From assembly GCA_963772725.1 (NCBI GenBank), contig CAVYYI010000003.1, positions 352,001 to 416,000 of the forward strand: 64,000 nucleotides of DNA. Direction: 5' to 3'. This DNA comes from an uncultured Phycisphaerales bacterium (GTDB lineage: Bacteria > Planctomycetota > Phycisphaerae > Sedimentisphaerales > Anaerobacaceae). Numbering within the stretch: position 1 is the stretch's first letter; the number at the start of each line of letters is the position of its first letter. A program made the translations under genes and the position numbers. The notes beneath the pieces are model-generated. The model had not been told where the DNA came from. It worked only from the letters and a program-made list of their open reading frames with translations, and made no database searches. Below, in pieces: positions 55,693 through 64,000 of the stretch.

Positions 55693-56437
55693 TTATCCGA
55701 TTTTGGCGATTATCTCGTCGGGGATATCGAAATTAGCATAGACGTTTTGAATATCCTCATGGTCGTCACATTCTTCCATCAGGCCAAGTATTTTTCTCGC
55801 CGTTTCGGTATCGGTTACAGGCACCGTATTCTGCGGAACCATGGAAATTTCACTTATCTGAATGGGAATATTCTTTTCCTTAAGCGCGTTTTTGAGTTTT
55901 TCATAAGCCGCCGGGTGGCATGTTATCTCGAAAACGCTGCCGGTATTTTTCATATCATCGGCGCCTGCCGAAAGAGCGATTTCCATAAGGTCATCCTCGT
56001 TCACATCGCCGATATTTACCGTAATCAGGCCTTTTTTGGAAAACATCCAGTTTACGCAGCCGCTTGTACCAAGCCCCACCGTGACCCTCAAAAATCTTCC
56101 TTATCTCCGGGCCCATCCGGTGACGGTTGTCGGTCAGCACTTCAACCATTATAGCTACCCCGCCCGGAGCGTAACCCTCGTAAACGATTTCCTCGTAACT
56201 TACGCCGCCGAGTTCGCCTGTACCCTTTTTTATGGCCTTTTCAATAGTGTCTTTAGGCATATTGGCCGCTTTGGCCTTATCGATGGCGTAGCGAAGCGAA
56301 AGATTTTGCGAAGGATCGCCGCCCGATTTAGCGGCCATAATAATTAAACGAGCCAGTTTGCTCCATACCTTGCCGCGTTTTGCGTCGTTGGCGGCCTTTT
56401 TATGTTTTATACCTGCCCAATGCGAATGACCTGACAT
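55693..56437 (-). CDS. yebC: YebC/PmpR family protein, frameshift near 56076
   Basis: [30 protein letters not shown]; resumes LGTSGCV...[12 protein letters not shown]. Confidence 0.92.
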
Positions 56438-56552
56438 ATTTTCTCCAGACGAATTAATTTTCCAAATATCAATTACTCGTTGCCATATTATATACTATTT
56501 TCGTCTTTGCAAACAGGTCATTTTTAAAAAAAGCGGCTTTGAAATATTTGGC

Positions 56553-57483
56553 TTAAACGGCAGGCTGAATAACTTCCTGTGCTAACACATCGAAATCTGG
56601 TCCCAACTGCCGCAGAAAATATAAAGAATACGCCCTTTGGAATATCAGTATCGGCAGCAGTAAAACGGTGCCGATGTATGGAATGACCAAAATACAAGCC
56701 GCGCAGCAGCATGTTAATACAACGGCTGAAAGTATGATTACTCCTGTCGCCATCCCTATAATAATCTGAAAAAGAACGTACAATATGAAGGGGCCTTTAT
56801 AAAGCGACAGTATCATAAGCAATTCGCGCCAGCCGTCAATACAGTTGTACGAACGAAGATACATAATCGGCACCACAAAATCCCTTGTGAATTTAAAAAA
56901 AATCGTAACGAGAATTAAAAGAGGTATCAAAAGAACGATAACTCCAACCACAATCAAAATAATAGGCAGATACATCTGCATTAGTTTTGATATATGGAAT
57001 CAGAAGCAGCGCTATTACCACACCGAATAATACCAGAAAAAATATAACAATGACCCCTGCTGCAAGGCGGAACAAAAACAAACTGTTGCCCTGCTCGCGG
57101 AATCTATACCAAGGAACTTTCACTTCAGCTTTATTTTTTGCGACGCAGTGAAGAAACATAAACTGTCCACGGCTGCTCAGCCACAGACATACAATAAAAA
57201 GAACCAGACCAACTACGATCCCTATCGAAATCAGAATTATTATCAGAGGCATAGCACTGAGAAAAAAATGTTCTATATGCTGCGGCGAATAATCCCCATG
57301 GCGACTTTGGCCCGGAAAGCCATGGAAATTAAATCCTCCCTGGCTAAGATATGCCAGCCACGCGCAGAAACCGATGATGAACCATTTGCCAAGGTCAAAA
57401 GGCCTGAAGAGTATCTCCATCATCTTTTCTATCGCCGGAGAGATGGGTTCTATCACGCTTAATTTTATCTGTTCAGCCACCAT
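56553..57483 (-). CDS. Hypothetical membrane protein, frameshift near 56980
   Basis: LFRPFDLGKWF...GFCAWLA, SRGQFMF; DFVVPIMY, TCCC...IPYIGTVLLLP. Confidence 0.65.
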
Positions 57484-57526
57484 AATAACCTCCCATTTTT
57501 ATTCAGTTTTATAAAACCTCGCGAAA

Positions 57527-57807
57527 CTAACTCTGCTCTGGTTTTGAGCCTTGCTGCCCTTTAAGCTGTCGAAGCTCTTTAAGTACAGGCCAGTCTCCGA
57601 ACGCCAGCACAAAAAATATAATAATGTTCGCTATCGGCACAAGCACCAACAATCCCCACGCCCAGCCATACCCTGTCTTGGAGAATATTTTGCAAGTTAT
57701 CAGTACGTTTAAAGCGAGCACTACAAGGACAACAAACGCAATCGCCAGACCAAAAAAAATGCAGAAAACTGAAACCCGTTACACATCGAATCCGAATAAC
57801 AATGCAT
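57527..57807 (-). CDS. Small membrane protein, probable frameshift near 57777
   Basis: CKIFSKTGYGWAWGLLVLVPIANII..LAFGDWP; ATG at 57807 with RBS joins by one extra G. Confidence 0.55.
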
Positions 57808-57897
57808 ATTTTTTCCCTTCCCAAAAAAACTGTCAAACTCAAATTATATGAGATGATTTATTTTATACCACAAATCCGGATTGTTGTGAAGCAAATT

Positions 57898-59130
57898 TTA
57901 TTTTACTTCGAGAACGGAATTGAAGCCGCCGAAAGGATTGGGTTCGGTTGATTCGTTATAGGGGTCCTGCTGCCACTGGTTATCAACGACAAGGCGGTAG
58001 CGGTATCTGCCCTTTGGAAGGTTAATTTTGGTTTGCCACATCCCCGTGCCGTCAATTTTTTCCATAGGCGTTTTTGAGGGATCCCAGTTGTTAAAGTCGC
58101 CGGCGACCTGCACGCTCGTTGCACGCGGGTACAGCGTTACAAATGCGACAGCGTCGTTTATCTGGTTGACACCATAATAATCCGAAAGCCTGGCGTCCGT
58201 ATCACGAGATTTTTTCTGTTCCTGTTTGGAAGTTTCCGAAACAGCGGCGGCAGGTTTGACGACAGGCGCAGGTTTTGCCGTCTGCAGCAGTTCATCAGCC
58301 GATGCGCTGATTGACGCGAGCTGGTCCGCTAGTGAATTTACAAGTTCGTGCCTGAGTTGTTTGCTTCCCGAGCTGGCAATCTCTTCGGCGAGCCTGCGAA
58401 AATCTACCCGCCCCTTGCTCGCTGGGTCGTATTCACTGATTGGCTGACCAAAACTCAACGCTTCCTTTATTTTCGTGTTGAAGTTCACAATAGTCGTGAA
58501 CATCTTGTCCGCGAAGTGTGCCCGCAGCTCCGCGAGAATTTCACGGGCCATTTTTGTCCGTATGTCGTACATGCTCGCCAAAACCTTTACATTCACACTC
58601 TGATTAAACTTTTCGCAGAGGATATTTATTGTTTCAAGCTGTTTGCTCAGCCCGTGCAGCGAAAAATAACCCGTTTCAACCGGCACAACAACATCTGTGG
58701 CGGCACGTAAAGCGTTGAATGTAAGCAATCCCACCGCAGGCGGACAATCTATCACAACATAGTCGAAATCTTTTTTTATCTCATTAAGCACGTGCTTTAA
58801 ACAGTTTTCACGCTCGGAAATTCCTGACATCTGCTGGTCGAAGGCCGCCAAATCGATACTTGATGGAGCGAGCTCCAGCCTGTCGCTGATTTGCCATAGT
58901 ACCTCGGTGAGCTTTATAGGCTCATTCCTGCTCTTACTGATAAGCACGTCGTAAATGCTCTGCTCAATCTGCTCTTCCGGCACCGCCAGACCAACCGCGC
59001 AATGCGACTGCGGATCCATATCAACAAGCAGCGTTTTATGTCCAAGCTCCGCCAAAGCACTGGCAAGATTTATCGATACCGTCGTTTTACCGCAACCGCC
59101 TTTTTGATTAACAACCGCTATAATTTTCAT
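57898..59130 (-). CDS. ParA/Soj ATPase fused to C-terminal glycogen-binding (CBM48/AMPK-beta-like) domain
   Basis: NQKGGCGKTT, DMDPQ, IDCPP; VQVAGDFNNW...W...LPKGRYRYRLVVDNQWQQDP...NS. Confidence 0.88.
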   Translation of the reverse strand: MKIIAVVNQKGGCGKTTVSINLASALAELGHKTLLVDMDPQSHCAVGLAVPEEQIEQSIYDVLISKSRNEPIKLTEVLWQISDRLELAPSSIDLAAFDQQMSGISERENCLKHVLNEIKKDFDYVVIDCPPAVGLLTFNALRAATDVVVPVETGYFSLHGLSKQLETINILCEKFNQSVNVKVLASMYDIRTKMAREILAELRAHFADKMFTTIVNFNTKIKEALSFGQPISEYDPASKGRVDFRRLAEEIASSGSKQLRHELVNSLADQLASISASADELLQTAKPAPVVKPAAAVSETSKQEQKKSRDTDARLSDYYGVNQINDAVAFVTLYPRATSVQVAGDFNNWDPSKTPMEKIDGTGMWQTKINLPKGRYRYRLVVDNQWQQDPYNESTEPNPFGGFNSVLEVK

Positions 59131-59414
59131 TTTTATTTCCCGCTCCGAAATCAGCAGGCTATACCCCTGATTTTATTAAAAAAACGCCCTTTCAATACTG
59201 AAAACACAGTACAACTTATTCTTTTAATCGGCGGTTAGATTCAGAAAACTTTACCTTTTATTGGACGGCCCGATAAAAAAATGCGTTGACAGTATTAATA
59301 CAGCGACAGACTTGAAATAAAAGCAGCGGTGAAAAAACAAGGGGGCAGAAATGTTAAAATAGGGAAAATCAAAATATGGAGAGAATATAGAAGATAGGAC
59401 TTGACAGAAAAAAT

Positions 59415-61286
59415 TTAATCGGTCTCCGGCAGAGTGCTGAGATTCTTTTTTGCCTGTTCGCAAAAAATACTGTTGGGATATTCACTGATAAAACTTGTCA
59501 GAGTTGTTTTGGCATCGGCAAGATACTTTTTCTTCATCTCGATGTTTGAACCATCCTGATGATGCCAAAGAGAAATTTTTAAAAGAGCCAGCTCGTGAAG
59601 TGAGAGCATTCCACCATCGGTCTTTTTAAATTTTTTATAAAGCTGACTGAGATTTTCCGCCCGAAGCTGGTCGTCGGCGATGTTTTTTGTTTGCGCCAGC
59701 AGGACATTATCCCGCAGTGGGTCGTCCGCCGGCATTTGCCACAATAAATCCTCAAGCTCTTTTGAATAATTTAAGCCGTGGGGATTGAGCATAACGAATT
59801 TAGACAGTCTTTCCTTTGAAGCTTTGTCGCCAGCGAGATTTTCTCTGCATATAAGAATACTGGATTGATTTAATCTTTGCTGCAGCTCTATAAGCTTGGA
59901 CTGTGTCATAACCGAATCCGCCGGCGGACGAAAAGGACTGAGAAATGTGTCAGTTTTAGGTTTGCTTTTTTCCAGGCTATTCAATTGGGCCATGACCATT
60001 GTCTTGGCTTCTTCGAGAATTTTTTCGGCGTCACCGAATCTGCCGAGACCGGCCCAGTATTGCGCAATGCGCCATCTCGCCTCAAGAGATTCGGGGCTTT
60101 GGCCAAACCAAGTGTACAATTTGTACCATATTCCGCTTGACCTCGTGTAAGGGTAATCACTGTAGAAATAAAGTATTTCCTTTTGTCCGACCAGTTTTAT
60201 GTCAGGACTGTATTCACTGAGGAGCCCTTTGCAATAGAGGGCTATCGGCATTCGCGGACTTTGAGGTCTGCGGTCAATGAACGAATCATACTGCTTGAAA
60301 AGCCATTGCCGCTTTTCCTGGTAGGCAAGTTCCGGCGGTACAATAAACCAGTTAGGCCAGCGGTCGGCGCTTAATTTTTCCTGTATTTCGTTCTTTAACG
60401 CCGCACGAAGCGGTATCGGCTCTGTCGGATAAGAGAAAAAGCTGGCTAAATACTTCAAAACATTCGGGTCGGATATTGTATTGTCTATCGCCTCGGTAAT
60501 ACTGTGTTCCTGGAATTCGCTTACCTGTTCAGGGGCGTTATTGGCCACATAAAGCTGATATTCTAATTCGCCAAATCCTACTTCAGCGGTGAAGACTCCA
60601 AACGCCGTCAGGAACATCGCAAGGGTTACCGCCCAGACTATTCCGGGACGGTATCTAACATAATGTCCGATGCCAAGCACCATAGCGGCTATCGCCACGC
60701 TAATCAGCCACGCGGTAATCCATGGTGTAAAAGAAAACCCCCACTTAAGCGGTTCTATCCCGCGAGGGCTGCCGAAATAACCCCAGTACAAAAGCTGTGG
60801 AGCGGTGCATAAAACAATAGCTATAAACCGTGAGCGAAAACGAAGAGGCCTGCACGCCACCGCGATGCAGCTAATCAAAAGACTTACAGCCAGTCCCGGT
60901 AGATTCGCTACACACAGCACCGCAAGTATAAACGGCAGGCTGTAGCTGAAGCTCATAAGCTGCGATATCAGCAGCGGGGAAATAGCCAATATGCCCATAA
61001 GCAGACCTAAAACGAGAATCTGCCACGGGTATTCAAAAATACTTGCGCCCGTTATTACTACCTGCCCTAAACGCCACGAGTCAGGCGACATTAATGACTG
61101 CAGATTACATGACAAGGGTGAACCCGTCAGTATTTTTGACCAGAAAACGCAGGCAGCGCCGAACACTAAAAGCGCCAGCAGCCAGCAGGACTGCACATTC
61201 TCGTGGCTGTAGTGCAGCGTTGGCCCGGCAGTCATAAAAGACTTCGAGGCTGGTTTTAGCTTAGGCTCTGTCTGATTGTTATCCAT
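59415..61286 (-). CDS. Hypothetical membrane protein with C-terminal TPR/helical domain
   Basis: About 6 N-terminal TMs; TPR-like end FISEYPNSIFCEQAK. Confidence 0.6.
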   Translation of the reverse strand: MDNNQTEPKLKPASKSFMTAGPTLHYSHENVQSCWLLALLVFGAACVFWSKILTGSPLSCNLQSLMSPDSWRLGQVVITGASIFEYPWQILVLGLLMGILAISPLLISQLMSFSYSLPFILAVLCVANLPGLAVSLLISCIAVACRPLRFRSRFIAIVLCTAPQLLYWGYFGSPRGIEPLKWGFSFTPWITAWLISVAIAAMVLGIGHYVRYRPGIVWAVTLAMFLTAFGVFTAEVGFGELEYQLYVANNAPEQVSEFQEHSITEAIDNTISDPNVLKYLASFFSYPTEPIPLRAALKNEIQEKLSADRWPNWFIVPPELAYQEKRQWLFKQYDSFIDRRPQSPRMPIALYCKGLLSEYSPDIKLVGQKEILYFYSDYPYTRSSGIWYKLYTWFGQSPESLEARWRIAQYWAGLGRFGDAEKILEEAKTMVMAQLNSLEKSKPKTDTFLSPFRPPADSVMTQSKLIELQQRLNQSSILICRENLAGDKASKERLSKFVMLNPHGLNYSKELEDLLWQMPADDPLRDNVLLAQTKNIADDQLRAENLSQLYKKFKKTDGGMLSLHELALLKISLWHHQDGSNIEMKKKYLADAKTTLTSFISEYPNSIFCEQAKKNLSTLPETD

Positions 61287-61492
61287 AACTTTTTTAATAT
61301 ATCCAATCGTTTTAACAACTTGAGATGTTTTACGATGTAAAGATTACCCTTCTATTTCTTTGGAAATGCAGTATATCACAAAACTGTCCGTTATGACAGG
61401 GGGTAATGAAAAAAAATTGCTAAATAAATAAAAATTTTCGTCCTATAAAACAGGCTCAAAACTGGTTATTTTAAGATATCATATTTGCGGAA

Positions 61493-63130
61493 TTATTGAT
61501 AATAAGTCGGATTTGTTTCAAGCCAGCCTGCGGCAAAGATGGCAAAGTCCCCGAAGTCAACCTCTCCGTCATTATTTAAATCAGCCTCAAGATTAGGCCC
61601 CGACAATCGCCATTGCATAGCAAATATCGCCATATCGAAGTTATCAACAACATAATCCAGGGGCTCAAAATCGCCGACTATCGGAGCAATAAGCTCAAAA
61701 ACAAAAGCATAATTTCTGGATTTGTTCGTTGTATTCTGAAGGTTAATCTCATAAACACCGTCGGCAGGCAGCGTCAAATCAATCTTCTTAAGGTTATTCA
61801 AGGTGTTTGTTTCAGTGTATATAACCGCCTGGCTGGAATCTTTGACCGTTACCTTGATATTAAATTTGGGGGCTGTTTCCTCCGTATATACCGGATTTAT
61901 CACACCACTTTTCGTAATCTGGCGATTCCATGTTACTGTAACAATCAACCTGTCATTCTTTTTGCCGGTGATATAATAAGAATGCTGCTTATTACTACCC
62001 ATATCAGCGTAATATGCCCAGCCTTTTCGCGAGGCGGTGGTAACATTTCTCGCGACAGGAGGCTGACTTAACGTCTGATACGCCCGCAAGGCATCGACCC
62101 TGCCGTAACCACGGTCAGCGTTCCACGTGTTATTGGAATCCGCAGGATTAGTCGCACCACCATTTTTTTTATAAATGTTTGGAAAAGCAGAATTAACAAT
62201 CACAGCCCTTACAACTTCATTGTGCCCGTCATTTGTTTCCGCTGTTTTATTTGCCAGACCTATTAATAAGGCCGCTGCACCCGCGGTATGAGGCGTTGAG
62301 AAACTCGTCGCACCATCAGCAGCCGTCCACTCGTACCAGCTTGTATTGCTACCCGCCGTCGGCATTGTCTGATATTGCGAGGGAGCGACGACGTCCGGTT
62401 TTTTCCTGTTGTCCGAGGTTGGCCCGCTGCCGCTGGTGTAGCCCACCTTCAGATACACATCAGGCTCAGTAACAATGAGTCCGCCGGTAGTTAGGCCGTT
62501 ATAAGCGTCCCCGAAAACATCTAAGTGCGTATTGCTGTTGCCCGCCGGATTGGCAAACACAACATCATACTGATATGCGTAATAATCGTATATTTTGGTC
62601 CAGACGAGGCTGCCGTTCGGGTCAACGCCCTGTAGCCCTATGCCCGAAAAAATAACCCTGCAGTTGTGGCTTGTTATTAGTGAATCCAGGGCATTGGATA
62701 TATAGCTCGTGTAAATATTGCTGCTGTTATCAACCACCCTCGCGCTGTAAATATCGGCCCCCGGCGCAACTCCAATGTCATAAGGATGGGAAATCCCGCC
62801 TCTGCTTACAGCTACTCCCGCAACCCAGGTATCATGGGCTATTACACTGACCCCTGAACCGGAAAAATCATAATTATACGCGTGAGATACACCATTGGCG
62901 TCTTTAAAAGCCTCATGGGTTGTCAATACGTTGCCTGCGGATAAAAGGCCGATATTGACTCCGGCGCCCGTTTCCCCGAGTTGATGCACAGCTTGGCAGT
63001 TCGAACCGTTAGGTCCTATCGATTGTGCCAAGGCATAAACTCTCTGAACCGGCAAATACCAAGAGAATACTACTATGGCAACAGCAATTATCGCTGATTT
63101 GCCCACTTTTCTCAAAACCCAGTCCTCCAA
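61493..63130 (-). CDS. Secreted S8 subtilase-family protein with dockerin-like C-terminus
   Basis: AHDTWVAG, GVAPGA, NPAGN, SGPTSDNRKKPDVVAP, GATSFSTPHTAG, GYGRVDA; ADLNNDGEVDFGDFAIFAAGWL. Confidence 0.85.
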   Translation of the reverse strand: MEDWVLRKVGKSAIIAVAIVVFSWYLPVQRVYALAQSIGPNGSNCQAVHQLGETGAGVNIGLLSAGNVLTTHEAFKDANGVSHAYNYDFSGSGVSVIAHDTWVAGVAVSRGGISHPYDIGVAPGADIYSARVVDNSSNIYTSYISNALDSLITSHNCRVIFSGIGLQGVDPNGSLVWTKIYDYYAYQYDVVFANPAGNSNTHLDVFGDAYNGLTTGGLIVTEPDVYLKVGYTSGSGPTSDNRKKPDVVAPSQYQTMPTAGSNTSWYEWTAADGATSFSTPHTAGAAALLIGLANKTAETNDGHNEVVRAVIVNSAFPNIYKKNGGATNPADSNNTWNADRGYGRVDALRAYQTLSQPPVARNVTTASRKGWAYYADMGSNKQHSYYITGKKNDRLIVTVTWNRQITKSGVINPVYTEETAPKFNIKVTVKDSSQAVIYTETNTLNNLKKIDLTLPADGVYEINLQNTTNKSRNYAFVFELIAPIVGDFEPLDYVVDNFDMAIFAMQWRLSGPNLEADLNNDGEVDFGDFAIFAAGWLETNPTYYQ

Positions 63131-63259
63131 ATTTACAATAAAAACATTATATCAAAAAAACGCTGAATTTTTTAAAAAAAATTACAGAACAGTGGATTTC
63201 TTTTTTCAGATAAGGTAAGATTAACTGATGGAATTGTGAAATAATGAAAGGGGGATATT

Positions 63260-64000
63260 ATGAGTTTTGAAAAAACCAGGTCGCACTTAAATTGGGAAGT
63301 CGCGTCATTTGTAAAACGCGATTTCAAGCCTTATTTCGGTCAGCGAAAACAATTGTTCAAAACGCACCCCGTATGGCAGCGATTACGGGGCCTCGGCAGC
63401 GAACTGTGGCTCGATACCGGCAGCATTGACGAAAGCAGGCAGCTCTGGACGCAGGAATTTTCCGCACTTACCACGAATAACACGCTGCTCAATAAGGAAG
63501 TCCAGACCGGAAGATATGACGTTCTGATTACTCAGGCCAATGATTTATTGAAGCGTTATCCTTCGCTTTCAGAAAAGCAGCGGATACTCGAATTCGCCTT
63601 TATCATAAACGCCACGCACGCCTTAAAACTTGTGCAAATGTATGACGCTTACATTTCGGTAGAAGAGCACACCGCTCTTGCGGACGATGTATGCTTGGCC
63701 GTTGAATATGCCCGCCGTTACCATGAAATTTGCCCTGAACGGTTTATAATCAAGATTCCGTTTACGCCTGCCGGCCTTTTATCGACGCGGATACTTTCGC
63801 GGCAGGGTATCCCTGTTAATCATACCCTCGGCTTTTCCGCCAGGCAAAATTACCTGATTACGCGAATAAGCAAACCCGCTTACGTTAATGTCTTTCTCGG
63901 CAGACTAAACAGTTTTGTTATTGATAATAAACTTGGCAACGGCAATTACATCGGCGAAAAAGCCACTTTGGCTTCGCAGGCAGCCGTTAAAAACCTACGT
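63260..64000 (+). CDS. Transaldolase-family protein (runs off window)
   Basis: Manual translation: ELWLDTG...ALTTNNTLL...IKIPFTPAG...VNHTLGFSARQ...VNVFLGRL. Confidence 0.85.
   Translation, partial: MSFEKTRSHLNWEVASFVKRDFKPYFGQRKQLFKTHPVWQRLRGLGSELWLDTGSIDESRQLWTQEFSALTTNNTLLNKEVQTGRYDVLITQANDLLKRYPSLSEKQRILEFAFIINATHALKLVQMYDAYISVEEHTALADDVCLAVEYARRYHEICPERFIIKIPFTPAGLLSTRILSRQGIPVNHTLGFSARQNYLITRISKPAYVNVFLGRLNSFVIDNKLGNGNYIGEKATLASQAAVKNLR

Noticed and set aside
6219..57807. Mass pseudogenisation or programmed frameshifting as the explanation for split genes
   Set aside because: Lesions hit core genes singly with both halves intact, lack slippery-site patterns, and fall in homopolymers or GCGC; sequencing error is more parsimonious

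Overview
A 64 kb bacterial chromosomal window, most likely from a Planctomycetota (Phycisphaerae/Sedimentisphaerales-like) genome. This assignment is inferred from DUF1559/prepilin-type genes and dockerin-like C-terminal tags. The window contains: a GDP-fucose/GT-C glycosylation operon; a pilin-like/C39-peptidase/dockerin cluster; a cysD-TauE-cysN-alkaline-phosphatase-superfamily operon; two atypical subtilases; tRNA-Asp and tRNA-Leu; housekeeping genes (cmk, plsC, ftsK, purF/purM, xseA/B, proS, yebC, transaldolase); and a radical SAM/UbiA/methyltransferase cluster. About 16 frameshift or stop lesions interrupt otherwise intact genes, many at GCGC, and these are most likely long-read errors. 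The top finding is a secreted protein (8718-10517) in which a C39 peptidase domain is followed in cis by a double-glycine-type leader motif and an 83-aa Cys-rich tail, i.e. a candidate self-processing peptide precursor. Also notable are a gene inserted between direct repeats of the xseA 3' end and two subtilases lacking the catalytic Asp.
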